A DNA stretch of 64,000 bases from Lentisphaerota bacterium (GTDB lineage: Bacteria; Verrucomicrobiota; Lentisphaeria; Victivallales; Victivallaceae), in contig SUWB01000004.1 in the NCBI GenBank assembly GCA_015061745.1, positions 47,883 to 111,882 of the forward strand, read 5' to 3'. Below are positions 17,242-26,398 of the stretch, piece by piece (positions within the stretch are counted from its first letter, which is position 1; each line of letters starts with the position of its first letter). The notes under the pieces are model-generated. The model searched no databases. It worked only from the letters and a program-made list of their open reading frames with translations, and had not been told where the DNA came from. The position numbers and the translations under genes are program-made.

Positions 17242-19830
17242 ATGAAAAATTTTTTATTTGCCGCAGCAGCTCTGCTTTTCATTTGCGGATGCAGCACTGT
17301 GAAAAATGATGCCCCGATCGGAAAACTGGTGATTACTTCCGCATCAAAGTATCAGATCGTGATCCCTGATGCAAAACCTGAAGCGTCGATCCCGGTGTTC
17401 CTGACGCAGAGTGCCAAAATTCTTCAGACAGCCCTTAAAGAGGGATTGGACTTGAACGTTCCCATTGTTGTCGAGTCCAAGGCCGCCAAAGATCTCAAGG
17501 CGATCTATATCGGTGATACCAAAGCTGCAAGAGAGATCGGAATTGATGCTTCCGCCCATACAAGTTTCGGATTTACCATTGCCGAAAACAATGGCAATAT
17601 TTTTATTGCCGGTGTTGACAAAACCCGTTTCGGCGAACCGGATAACCGGCGGCGGGGCTGGACGAACTTTATTCTCGGTTCAGTCAATGGTACTGTCAAG
17701 TTTGCCGAAAAATATTTGCATACCCGTTTCCTTTACCCCGGAAAGAACGGTATCGACTACGCAAAACTTACCAAAGTTGAAATTCCTGCCGGTTTGCGTG
17801 AAGTGTGTTCCCCCAAGCTGATTTTTGCGACCCGTGCCCGTGAAATGTTTTACAGTTACTCCAACAATGCCTATGGCGGCGGAGCCTTCAAAAGTTATGG
17901 CGGACACTCCTATTATGACGCTGTCCCTGTGAAAAAATACAGCAAAACTCATCCCCAGTATTTCGCTATGCGGGGCGGCAAACGGAATCCTTCCGGTAAT
18001 CACCTGTGTATTTCCAACCCTGAAGTTCAGGAGCTCATCTATCAGGAAATGGTCAAATGGGCGAAAAAAGGTGCCCTTGCCATCCAGCTTGCCCAGACTG
18101 ACGGTTATACTCCCTGTGAATGTCAGAACTGCAAAGACTACGGAAAAACTGACAACGCCGGAGAAAAACTGTGGATACTTCACCGGAAACTTGCTGAGAG
18201 ATTCTACAAAGAATATCCCGGACAATTTGCTCACATCATTTGTTACGGTCCCACCGCGATGCCCCCTGTGAGCTTCAAAAAATTCCCTCCCAATGTGATT
18301 ATCGAACTTTGCAACTATACGCCCGCAACATTCAAAAGATGGCGTGAATATGAGGTCAAAGGCGGTTTTACCACCTATGTCTACAACTGGGGCTGGTACA
18401 ATCGTGTGGGATTCCTGCCCAAGCGTACGCCTGAATTCTGTGCCGATCAGGTGCGGCTTTTCATTCAGAATAATGTCCGGGGCGTTTACCGCTGCGGATT
18501 CGGCGAAAACTACGGACTTGAAGGCCCTGCCTACTATGTTTACGGACAGATGTTCAACGATATCACTCAGAACGAGACCGTTTTGACTGATGACTTCATC
18601 CGCAGAGCTTTCCACGAAAGTTATGTGCCGATGAAGGTGTTTTACGATACATTGTTTGCCCGTTTGGCAATTTATTCAGCTTTGCAGAATGTCGATGCTG
18701 AACTGCCCGGTGGAAAGATCCGGCAAAGTCTGCTGCCCAATAATCCCAGAGTCTTGGTTACTGCGATTTTCAGCTCCGATGTCATCGACATCCTTTCCAA
18801 GAATCTTGACAGGGCCGAAAAAATGGCAAAAAATCCCAAAGTGAAAGCCCGTCTGGAATTGGTCCGCATTGAATTTGACTATGTGAAAAATCTGGCTGAG
18901 ACACTTCATCTCTATAATTCCTACCGCATCAACCCCACTTGGGCCAGCTTTGAACAGCTTGCCGCTTCTGTGGAAAAACGCAATGCTCTTATTAACTCCT
19001 ATACTCATCCCAAACGGCGTGGAACGACCCGGCTTTACTCCGCCAACTGGCCCGAATTGCCGATCTTTGGTGCTCCTCCCATCAAGATGCTTTTTGAAAA
19101 TGGCCGCCTCAGTGCTCCCATCGGAGCCCCCCTCAACTGGAATACCAAACTTCTTAAAGAGCAGAAGATCCTGCCCGGTGTCGGCAAAAAGAGTATGCGT
19201 ATCCCCCGGGCTTCAGGGAAGGTTTCTGCAACTGACTTTTCCAAAGGGGCTTGGGTAAAGGCAAAGTGGAATCATCTGGGCGGTATCCAGTTGGGAGCTG
19301 TGACCGACAAAACCCGCTTCAAAGCGGTGTACGACAGCAAGAATATTTATTTTGCCTTTGAAAGCGATCTGGATCAGAAACGGACCTTCAACGTTTGCGG
19401 TCAGGATGGCCCCTGTTTCGGTCAGGATTGTATGGAACTTCTGATCGACCCCACCGGTACTAAAAATGTCTACTATCACTTCATTGCCAACCCTGTTGCC
19501 AATTCCCGGTACGACGCTGCTTTCGGACTGATTACCGATGTCCTCGACCCCAACTACAATAAGGCAGATAAGAGTTGGAACGGCAAATGGGAATATGCGA
19601 CCAGCCGCAAAAACGGCAAGTGGTATCTGATGGTGACTGTGCCCTTTGCAACTTTGAACACAAAGCCTGCTGTTCCCGGAACTGTTTGGACGGGAAATTT
19701 CGGTAGGGAAGCATTTTCTTATCCTGCCGGAGCTCCTAAAGGTGTGATTGAATTGACTCTCTGGTCTCCCAATCTTGAAACGATGAGTTTTCACGACCGT
19801 GAAGCATTCGGCGATTTGATTTTTGAATAA
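17242..19830 (+). CDS. lipoprotein, DUF4838-like glycoside-hydrolase-related domain plus CBM9-like C-terminal domain (paralogue A)
   Basis: AAGGAG RBS. MKNFLFAAAALLFICGC lipobox. LCISNPEVQ and the CECQNC Cys motif. C-terminus FKAVYDSKNIYFAFE...GQDCMELLIDP...YYHFIANP resembles carbohydrate-binding family 9. Family assignment is from memory. Confidence 0.65.
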   Translation: MKNFLFAAAALLFICGCSTVKNDAPIGKLVITSASKYQIVIPDAKPEASIPVFLTQSAKILQTALKEGLDLNVPIVVESKAAKDLKAIYIGDTKAAREIGIDASAHTSFGFTIAENNGNIFIAGVDKTRFGEPDNRRRGWTNFILGSVNGTVKFAEKYLHTRFLYPGKNGIDYAKLTKVEIPAGLREVCSPKLIFATRAREMFYSYSNNAYGGGAFKSYGGHSYYDAVPVKKYSKTHPQYFAMRGGKRNPSGNHLCISNPEVQELIYQEMVKWAKKGALAIQLAQTDGYTPCECQNCKDYGKTDNAGEKLWILHRKLAERFYKEYPGQFAHIICYGPTAMPPVSFKKFPPNVIIELCNYTPATFKRWREYEVKGGFTTYVYNWGWYNRVGFLPKRTPEFCADQVRLFIQNNVRGVYRCGFGENYGLEGPAYYVYGQMFNDITQNETVLTDDFIRRAFHESYVPMKVFYDTLFARLAIYSALQNVDAELPGGKIRQSLLPNNPRVLVTAIFSSDVIDILSKNLDRAEKMAKNPKVKARLELVRIEFDYVKNLAETLHLYNSYRINPTWASFEQLAASVEKRNALINSYTHPKRRGTTRLYSANWPELPIFGAPPIKMLFENGRLSAPIGAPLNWNTKLLKEQKILPGVGKKSMRIPRASGKVSATDFSKGAWVKAKWNHLGGIQLGAVTDKTRFKAVYDSKNIYFAFESDLDQKRTFNVCGQDGPCFGQDCMELLIDPTGTKNVYYHFIANPVANSRYDAAFGLITDVLDPNYNKADKSWNGKWEYATSRKNGKWYLMVTVPFATLNTKPAVPGTVWTGNFGREAFSYPAGAPKGVIELTLWSPNLETMSFHDREAFGDLIFE

Positions 19831-19845
19831 AAGTAAAGGTTGAAA

Positions 19846-22416
19846 ATGATGAAAAAAATATTTTTAGCTCTTGCTGCAATGATTTTTGTCTGCGGCTGTG
19901 CGGAAAAATGTACAAGATCTTCACTCCCTCAAACTCCTGTTGCAAACTCTTTTCTGACGATTACCGGCAAATCAAAGTATCAGATTATTTTCCCTGATCT
20001 GCCGGCAAATTCTCCCCGGATCGCTATTTACGCCCGGGCGGCCAATATGCTTCATCAGGCATTGAAAGAAGGTGTGGGGCTTGCGGCTCCCATCCGAATG
20101 GAATCCAAGGCTCTCAAAGGGTACAAAGGAATTTTTATCGGTGATACCAAAGCTGCCAGGGCAGCGGGGATCAATGTGCAAAATCATCCTAATTTCGGCT
20201 TTGTCATTAAAGAAAAAGAGGGAAATATCTTCATTGCCGGTATGGATAAAACCCGTTTGAACCAGCCGGAAAAACGGGGACTTGCGTGGGTTTATTATAT
20301 CCTCGGATCAGTCAACGGCTGTGTGAAGTTTGCTGAAAAATATCTTAACACCCGTTTCCTTTATCCCGGAGAAAAGGGGATCGACTACGCTGCAAAAGTC
20401 GGAAAGTTTACCATTCCCGTCGGGTTGAACGAGGTGTGTGTGCCTCAGCTGGTCTTTGCCAGCCATACCCCCGATATGTTTTACAGCTATTCCAATAACG
20501 CTTACAGCTACGGGGATTTCAAAAGCTACGGCGGTCACTCCTACTACGATGCTGTGCCCGCGGCCAAGTATGCCAAAACTCATCCTCATTACTTTGCTTT
20601 CCGGGGCGGCAAACGCAATCCCATCGGCAATCATTTGTGTATTTCCAATCCCGAAGTTCAGGATTTGATCTATCAGGAAATGGTCAAATGGGCAAAAAAA
20701 GGAGCTTTTGCCATTCAGCTTGCTCAGACTGACGGTTACAATCCTTGCGAATGTAAAAACTGCAAAGCCTACGGCAACACCGATGATGAAGGTGAAAAAC
20801 TCTGGATCCTTCACCGTGATCTTGCGGCCAGATTTTATAAAGAGTATCCCGGTAAATTTGCCCATATCATCTGCTACGGTCCTACCGGAACTCCTCCGAA
20901 AACCTTTACAAAATTTCCTCCCAATGTCATTATTGAGCTTTGCTACTATACTCAGGAAAATTTTGACGAGTGGAAAAAATATGAGGTCAAAGGCGGTTTT
21001 ACCACCTATGTCTACAACTGGGGCTGGTACAACCGTGTGGGATTTCTGCCCAAACGCACTCCCAAATTCTGTGCCGATCAGGTGCGGCTTTTTATCCGCA
21101 ATGGTGTCCGGGGCGTTTACCGCTGCGGATTCGGGGAAAACTACGGCCTTGAAGGGCCCGCCTACTATGTCTATGGACAGATGTTCAATGACATCAAGCA
21201 GAATGAAGATAATCTGGTCAATGACTTCATTCGCCGTGCTTTCCACGAAAGCAGCGTGCCTATGAAACTTTTTTATCAGACTTTGAATACCCGGCTTGAG
21301 ATCTATTCCGCACTTCAGAAAACGGCTGCAATGCCCACCAATCCCCGGGTGCTGGTCACTGCGATCCTCAGCTCCGATGTTGTCGATGTCCTTGAGAAAA
21401 ATCTTGAACGGGCTGAAAAACTTGCCAAAAATCCCAAAGTGAAAGCCCGTCTGGAACTTGTGCGGGTCGAGTTTGATTATGTTAAAGCTCTTGCCAAGGC
21501 ATTGCATTTCTACAATACCTACCGTTTGAATCCCAATAAGGAGACCTTTGCTCTGCTTGCCGGTGCAGTGGAACAACGCAACAAACTCATAGAATCCTAT
21601 GCCGATCCCAAGACTAAAAAGACCCGTGTTTACTCCAAAAACTGGCCGATGCTCCGCATTTTTGGAAATCCTGGAGTCAGTGTCCTCAAAGAAAACGGTC
21701 GTTTGACAGCTCCCATTAATGCGCCTCTCACCTGGAATATTCCTTTGCTCAAAAAGCAGAATATCCTTCCCGGCGTGGGCAAAAAAGTCTTGCGGATCCC
21801 CAGGGCAACCGGTGTCGTTTCCACAACGGATTTTACCAAAGGTTCCTGGGCAAAGGCCAAGTGGCACAATATGAATGGTATCCAGTTGGGAGCCATTACG
21901 GAAAAGACCCGTTTCAAAGCTCTCTATGATGCAAAGAATGTTTACTTTGCCTTTGAAAGTGATGTCGCTCCCGACAAGAAATTCACCGCTCTGGGTAAAG
22001 ACGGTATCTGTTGGGGACAGGATTGTATGGAGCTTATTCTTGATCCCACCGGAACCCGGGATATCTATTATCATCTGATGGTGAACCCCATTGAAAATTC
22101 TTATTACGATGAGGCATTCGGTTTGATTACAGATGAGTTGAATCCTCTTTATAACAAACCTGACGGTTCCTGGAACTGCAAGTGGTCTTATACGACCCGG
22201 CGCAAAGGCGGCAAGTGGTATGTGTGCTTTACTATTCCTTTTGCCTCCTTTAATGTGCCTCCTGCTGCTCCCGGTACCATTTGGTACGGCAACTTTGGCC
22301 GGGAAGCCTTTTTCGGCGGGAAAAAAGGAACACTTGAGCTTTCTCTCTGGTCACCCAATCTGGAAACGATGAGTTTCCACGACCGGGAAACCCTGGGAGA
22401 TTTGATCTTTGAATGA
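19846..22416 (+). CDS. lipoprotein, DUF4838-like plus CBM9-like (paralogue B, tandem duplicate)
   Basis: MMKKIFLALAAMIFVCGC lipobox. Colinear with the preceding gene, by eye roughly 70-80% identical at protein level. ATG 19846 preferred over the track's TTG 19840. Confidence 0.65.
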   Translation: MMKKIFLALAAMIFVCGCAEKCTRSSLPQTPVANSFLTITGKSKYQIIFPDLPANSPRIAIYARAANMLHQALKEGVGLAAPIRMESKALKGYKGIFIGDTKAARAAGINVQNHPNFGFVIKEKEGNIFIAGMDKTRLNQPEKRGLAWVYYILGSVNGCVKFAEKYLNTRFLYPGEKGIDYAAKVGKFTIPVGLNEVCVPQLVFASHTPDMFYSYSNNAYSYGDFKSYGGHSYYDAVPAAKYAKTHPHYFAFRGGKRNPIGNHLCISNPEVQDLIYQEMVKWAKKGAFAIQLAQTDGYNPCECKNCKAYGNTDDEGEKLWILHRDLAARFYKEYPGKFAHIICYGPTGTPPKTFTKFPPNVIIELCYYTQENFDEWKKYEVKGGFTTYVYNWGWYNRVGFLPKRTPKFCADQVRLFIRNGVRGVYRCGFGENYGLEGPAYYVYGQMFNDIKQNEDNLVNDFIRRAFHESSVPMKLFYQTLNTRLEIYSALQKTAAMPTNPRVLVTAILSSDVVDVLEKNLERAEKLAKNPKVKARLELVRVEFDYVKALAKALHFYNTYRLNPNKETFALLAGAVEQRNKLIESYADPKTKKTRVYSKNWPMLRIFGNPGVSVLKENGRLTAPINAPLTWNIPLLKKQNILPGVGKKVLRIPRATGVVSTTDFTKGSWAKAKWHNMNGIQLGAITEKTRFKALYDAKNVYFAFESDVAPDKKFTALGKDGICWGQDCMELILDPTGTRDIYYHLMVNPIENSYYDEAFGLITDELNPLYNKPDGSWNCKWSYTTRRKGGKWYVCFTIPFASFNVPPAAPGTIWYGNFGREAFFGGKKGTLELSLWSPNLETMSFHDRETLGDLIFE

Positions 22417-22448
22417 TCCTCTAATAGAAAAATAAGCAATTAAAAAAA

Positions 22449-22495
22449 GGGCTGCTGCAAAAATTGTTTGAGTTTTTGCAGCAGCCCCTCTTTTT
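22449..22495. terminator. bidirectional rho-independent terminator between convergent genes
   Basis: GGGCTGCTGCAAAAA (22449-22463) pairs with TTTTTGCAGCAGCCC (22473-22487). An A-run lies upstream and a T-run downstream. Confidence 0.8.
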
Positions 22496-22513
22496 ATTGC
22501 GGTAAAATGAATC

Positions 22514-23560
22514 TTACCAGTGACGCACTTTCATTCCCATTGCTTCTGCCAGTTTGTCCCGTACCGGATGTACCGGATGAGTGGGGGTAACGTGATTTTT
22601 GACAAAAGCAACTGCAATGCCCCGTTCACGATCCGCAAAGCCTTCGCCGCCCAAAGCACCTCCGTGACCGAAAACAGCACTGCTTTCAGGTGCATAGGGC
22701 AATGCCCACCCCAAACCGAATTTAGCCCAGGAGGAGGAGAGAGGATTACTCCAGTGGCGGCGGACAATGGTGGCATTATCAATGGTTTCCGGAGCAAGCA
22801 TCGGTTTTCCGTCCAACCCGAAAGTAATGGCTGCATAAATCTTGGCCAGAGCGTTTGCAGTGGCAACGCCATTGGCAGAGGGAATAAAGCCCCGGCGGAG
22901 TTTTTCGCGGCTCATCATCTGTAAGGCGTTGGCTTTTTCTGTATCATCTTCTTCAACAAGGCGGGATTCCGCTTCTTCATCAGTTCCGAAGTAGAACTCT
23001 TTTTCGATATCAAGAACTTCAAAAATCTCCTGCCGGAGAAAATCTTTGAAAAAGATTCCGGATGCCCGGGTGGCCAATTCTCCAATAAGCCAGGCGTAGG
23101 TGATACCGTGGTATGCACAAACTTCACCGGGAGTATTGCCGGGGATCGCCTGAGCTATTTTATTGACCATCAAATCCCAATCTGCCATATCATCTTGAGT
23201 GTCGAGTTGGGGAAGTGCATTTACCGCAGCCCGGTGGGTCAGCGCGTGCCAGACCAAAGTGTCCTCTTTGCCGTTACAGCCGTATTCCGGCCAGTAGTCG
23301 GCGATGCGGTCGGAATAGCGGATTTTTTGCTGTTCCACCAACATATGGAATCCGGCAGTCATAACCCCCTTGCCGCAGGAGTAAATGGGAAAAAGGGTCT
23401 TTTCTGTGACGGGGATCGTTCTTGCTTTGTCGGCAAAACCGGAAACAAGAGAAGCAACCTGCTGGCCGTGGTCGTAGATAGCCAGCTGAAGACCGCATTC
23501 TTCTCCGGAGCCTGTGGCGTTGTCCATAATTTCCTGAAGTAACGGAATATCGAATTGCAT
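22514..23560 (-). CDS. serine hydrolase, beta-lactamase/esterase (class C-related) family
   Basis: S-x-x-K motif (YSCGKGV) near the N-terminus. Length 348 aa and overall pattern fit the beta-lactamase-related esterase family. Confidence 0.8.
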   Translation of the reverse strand: MQFDIPLLQEIMDNATGSGEECGLQLAIYDHGQQVASLVSGFADKARTIPVTEKTLFPIYSCGKGVMTAGFHMLVEQQKIRYSDRIADYWPEYGCNGKEDTLVWHALTHRAAVNALPQLDTQDDMADWDLMVNKIAQAIPGNTPGEVCAYHGITYAWLIGELATRASGIFFKDFLRQEIFEVLDIEKEFYFGTDEEAESRLVEEDDTEKANALQMMSREKLRRGFIPSANGVATANALAKIYAAITFGLDGKPMLAPETIDNATIVRRHWSNPLSSSWAKFGLGWALPYAPESSAVFGHGGALGGEGFADRERGIAVAFVKNHVTPTHPVHPVRDKLAEAMGMKVRHW

Positions 23561-23577
23561 AGTGAAAGTCCTTTGGA

Positions 23578-23617
23578 TAAAAACGAAAATGCTGAAAATC
23601 CGGGAAAGGATTTTCAG
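23578..23617 (-). terminator. rho-independent terminator after pheA
   Basis: Minus strand reads GCTGAAAATCC-tttccc-GGATTTTCAGC followed by ATTTTCGTTTTT. Confidence 0.7.
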
Positions 23618-23627
23618 CGTTGATTTT

Positions 23628-24776
23628 TTATATCATTTCACGGTAACCGCCGAGAAATACAAATGTATCCGGCCCTGAAGCCAAACCGTCGAGCAGCCGG
23701 ATGACTTCCGGATTGCGGGGAGAGGCTTCGAGGTCAAAGTAGAACATAAATTCAAATTCCCGTCCGGGAATGGGACGGCTTTCCAACTTGGTCAGGTTGA
23801 CTCCAATGGTGGCAAACTTTGAAATCAATCTGTAAAGAGAACCGGGACTGTGAGAGGTTGACAACATCAAACTGATTCTGTCTGCTCCCGGAAAAAGACG
23901 CATATTCCGGGAAATACAGATGAACCGGGTCCGGTTGGCGGCATTGTTCTGGATCTCCTCTGCGGCAAGGTCGCTGAGGCCGTAGACCTGTGCACAATTC
24001 AAAGAAGCAATGGCGGCAATGTCGTTGCGGTCAGATTCGGCCACCATCTTGGCTGCCATTGCCGTATTGTCGTGAATGGTGATCTTGATGCCGGGGTGCC
24101 GGTTGAGAAATTCCCGGCACTGCAAAATACCCTGTTCGTGAGAAACGATTTCTTTGATATCTTCCAGTTTGACTCCGGGTTTTGCCAGCAGATGGTGACG
24201 GATCGGCATAGAAAGACTCCGGACAATGTAGAATTTGTTGCTTCGCATCAAATCGTAAATGGCATTGACGCTGCCGGAAGTGCTGTTTTCAATGGGCAGT
24301 ATGCCATATTCGCACAAGCCCTGTTCCACAGCCTGAAAGACACCGGCAAAATTTCTGACATAGACGATGTCCGCCTGTTTGAAAAGCCGGTCACAGGCTT
24401 GCTGAGAATAGGCTCCTTCAACTCCCTGACAGGCAACGACGGCTCTTTCAGGGAACGGGGATTCCAGGTCAGCTTTTCCGGCAGCTTCCAAGGCTGCGGC
24501 AAGTTTTCCGTTGCCGGAAATAAGGTAACGCTGATAGGAACGGCTCAAGTCAAACAAAGTGGTGAAAAGGACGGCGGCTCTGTCTCCAAGTTCATCTCCT
24601 GCACGTTTGATCATACGCAAACGTTCTTCCCGTTCCCGGGAGTTGTCGGTGACTGCCAGATTGGCAGCGATTTTGGCTTTGGCAACTTCTGAAGAAACCT
24701 TCATCCGTTCCACGAAAAGATCGCAGATTTTATCATCGATATCGTTGATCTTATTACGACATTCCTGCAGATTCAT
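23628..24776 (-). CDS. pheA: bifunctional chorismate mutase / prephenate dehydratase (P-protein)
   Basis: N-terminal CM helix (LQECRNKINDIDDKICDLFVERM). PDT domain (VACQGVEGAYSQQA, NRTRFICIS). C-terminal ACT domain (ESRPIPGREFEFMFYFD). Confidence 0.9.
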   Translation of the reverse strand: MNLQECRNKINDIDDKICDLFVERMKVSSEVAKAKIAANLAVTDNSREREERLRMIKRAGDELGDRAAVLFTTLFDLSRSYQRYLISGNGKLAAALEAAGKADLESPFPERAVVACQGVEGAYSQQACDRLFKQADIVYVRNFAGVFQAVEQGLCEYGILPIENSTSGSVNAIYDLMRSNKFYIVRSLSMPIRHHLLAKPGVKLEDIKEIVSHEQGILQCREFLNRHPGIKITIHDNTAMAAKMVAESDRNDIAAIASLNCAQVYGLSDLAAEEIQNNAANRTRFICISRNMRLFPGADRISLMLSTSHSPGSLYRLISKFATIGVNLTKLESRPIPGREFEFMFYFDLEASPRNPEVIRLLDGLASGPDTFVFLGGYREMI

Positions 24777-25774
24777 TGGAGTGCATTCCTTAAATTATTG
24801 ATTTTTTTCATCATATTGTCGAAACTTCCGGGCGTCAGGGATTGAGCCCCGTCGCACAAGGCACAGGTGGGATTGTTGTGTACTTCAATAATAAGTCCGT
24901 CCGCACCGGCTGCGACGGCAGACATTGCCAGGGGTGAAACATATTTGGCGATACCGATGGAGTGACTGGGGTCAACAATAATGGGCAGATGGCTCAGGGA
25001 TTTGATGACGGGAATGGCTGAAATATCAAGGGTATTTCTGGTCTGGGGCTCAAAGGTACGGATACCTCTTTCGCAGAGAATGACCTGATCGTTACCTGAG
25101 GACATAATGTATTCAGCACTCATAAGCCATTCCTGATAGGTATTGGCAAGGCCTCTTTTCAGCAGAATGGGTTTGCGCTGCTTGCCGATCTGGCGGAGCA
25201 ATTCAAAGTTCTGCATATTTCTGGCACCGATCTGGATCACGTCAACTTCATCAAAAAGGTCAAGCTGTGAAAGATCCATAATTTCAGTGACGATGGGCAG
25301 ACCGGTTTCTTTTTTTGCTTCAAGAAGCAGCCGGATACCTTCGCCCCGGAGACCCTGGAAGGCATAGGGGCTGGTACGGGGTTTGAAAGCACCGCCGCGG
25401 AGCATTGTAGCACCGGAGGCTTTGACTGCTTTGGCAACAGTGATGATCTGTTCTTCGGATTCCACAGAACAGGGACCGGCAATGACAGAGAAAAAACCGC
25501 CGCCGAGTTTGACATCACCGACTTTGACAATGGTGTCATCGGGATGAAATTTCCGGTTGGCATCTTTGTAGGGTTCCTGGATGCGTTTGACATCTTCAAT
25601 AATGTCAAGAGCTTTGAGCATTTCCATATCGACCCGTGATGTGTCGCCCACCAAACCGATAACGGTCTGGTTTTTCCCTTCAGACAAGTGAGCCTGAAGA
25701 CCGTGCTGTTCCAGAAATTTACGCAGTGAATCAACTTGCGTTGCCCCCGGATTGGGCTTGAGAATGATGACCAT
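24773..25774 (-). CDS. 3-deoxy-7-phosphoheptulonate (DAHP) synthase, type I-beta with an N-terminal regulatory ferredoxin-like domain
   Basis: VIAGPCSVESEEQ, GGAFKPRTSPYAFQGL and PSH motifs. The N-terminal ~65 aa extension is of the Thermotoga type. 4-nt overlap with pheA. Confidence 0.9.
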   Translation of the reverse strand: MVIILKPNPGATQVDSLRKFLEQHGLQAHLSEGKNQTVIGLVGDTSRVDMEMLKALDIIEDVKRIQEPYKDANRKFHPDDTIVKVGDVKLGGGFFSVIAGPCSVESEEQIITVAKAVKASGATMLRGGAFKPRTSPYAFQGLRGEGIRLLLEAKKETGLPIVTEIMDLSQLDLFDEVDVIQIGARNMQNFELLRQIGKQRKPILLKRGLANTYQEWLMSAEYIMSSGNDQVILCERGIRTFEPQTRNTLDISAIPVIKSLSHLPIIVDPSHSIGIAKYVSPLAMSAVAAGADGLIIEVHNNPTCALCDGAQSLTPGSFDNMMKKINNLRNALQ

Positions 25775-25796
25775 TTTTTTCTCTCCTTATAGTCAT

Positions 25797-25831
25797 AAAA
25801 AAAGCTCCGTGCGATTTTTTTCGCCCGGAGC
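25797..25831 (-). terminator. rho-independent terminator/attenuator in the leader of the DAHP synthase-pheA operon
   Basis: Minus strand reads GCUCCGGGCG-AAAAAAAU-CGCACGGAGC (10 positions, one G-A mismatch) followed by UUUUUUU. It ends 22 nt before the DAHP synthase ATG. Confidence 0.65.
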
Positions 25832-25857
25832 CGTATCTCGAATGCTGTTACTCATCA

Positions 25858-25947
25858 TCAGTGAACATTTACAGCACGCAGAGACCGACTCCGCTTGGTA
25901 AAAGCAAAACCGGTAAAATAAAAGCTGCTGTAATAATATTTGTTCAT
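25858..25947 (-). CDS. candidate 29-aa Tyr/Phe-rich leader peptide
   Basis: My translation is MNKYYYSSFYFTGFAFTKRSRSLRAVNVH followed by TGA TGA TGA. GAGGAA lies about 8 nt upstream of the ATG. Eight aromatic residues occur in positions 4-16. Confidence 0.5.
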   Translation of the reverse strand: MNKYYYSSFYFTGFAFTKRSRSLRAVNVH

Positions 25948-25978
25948 CAATAATTCCTCATTTCTGATTTTCTTCTCT

Positions 25979-26007
25979 AATATAGCACACCAAAATATTC
26001 TTTTCAA
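25979..26007 (-). promoter_or_regulatory. sigma70-like promoter for the leader / DAHP synthase-pheA operon (TTGAAA-17-TATATT)
   Basis: Minus strand reads ggacTTGAAAagaatattttggtgtgcTATATT, about 30 nt upstream of the leader ATG. Confidence 0.6.
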
Positions 26008-26062
26008 GTCCTGATTTATATATTTTTTTGATTTTTTTTCTGCCGCTGTGAGTATCTTGGAT

Positions 26063-26398
26063 TCAGCACCAATTCCCCTGGACAAGGAACATATAAACAA
26101 TGGTGCCGATCACAATGGAAAGCAATGGATTCTTTTTCCACATCTGCAGCGCAACGACAACGGTGCTTGCAATGAGTTCAGCTCCGACAGCGGTCCGGGT
26201 GTGCCAATGGCTGAAAAGGCAGTAGACAGTGAGCATCGCTATGGCTGCCGGAGAAATTACGCTGCCCAAATAACGGATGAGAGGAGGTGTTTCCTTGTGT
26301 CTGCCGAATGCAATAAAAGGGAACGCCCGGAGCAGAACTGTGGTCAACGAGGCAAGAAATACGATCAGGAGAGCATAGGTTATGGAAGAAGTATTCAT
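26063..26398 (-). CDS. azlD: branched-chain amino acid exporter small subunit AzlD
   Basis: 111-aa, about 4-TM protein with LRAFPFIAF. Overlaps azlC by 4 nt, the typical AzlCD arrangement. Confidence 0.75.
   Translation of the reverse strand: MNTSSITYALLIVFLASLTTVLLRAFPFIAFGRHKETPPLIRYLGSVISPAAIAMLTVYCLFSHWHTRTAVGAELIASTVVVALQMWKKNPLLSIVIGTIVYMFLVQGNWC

Noticed and set aside
17680-22074. Long antisense ORFs (17680..18615, 311 aa; 20308..22074, 588 aa) opposite the DUF4838-like genes
   Set aside because: Their low-complexity, Gly/Ile/Phe/Val-rich translations have no motifs or RBS. The sense strand encodes two mutually conserved lipoproteins. These are typical shadow ORFs of codon-biased genes.
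25858-26100. 80-aa minus-strand ORF overlapping the azlD 3' end
   Set aside because: Its upstream two thirds overlap azlD and the predicted promoter. Only the last 29 codons, which have their own RBS, make sense as a leader peptide.
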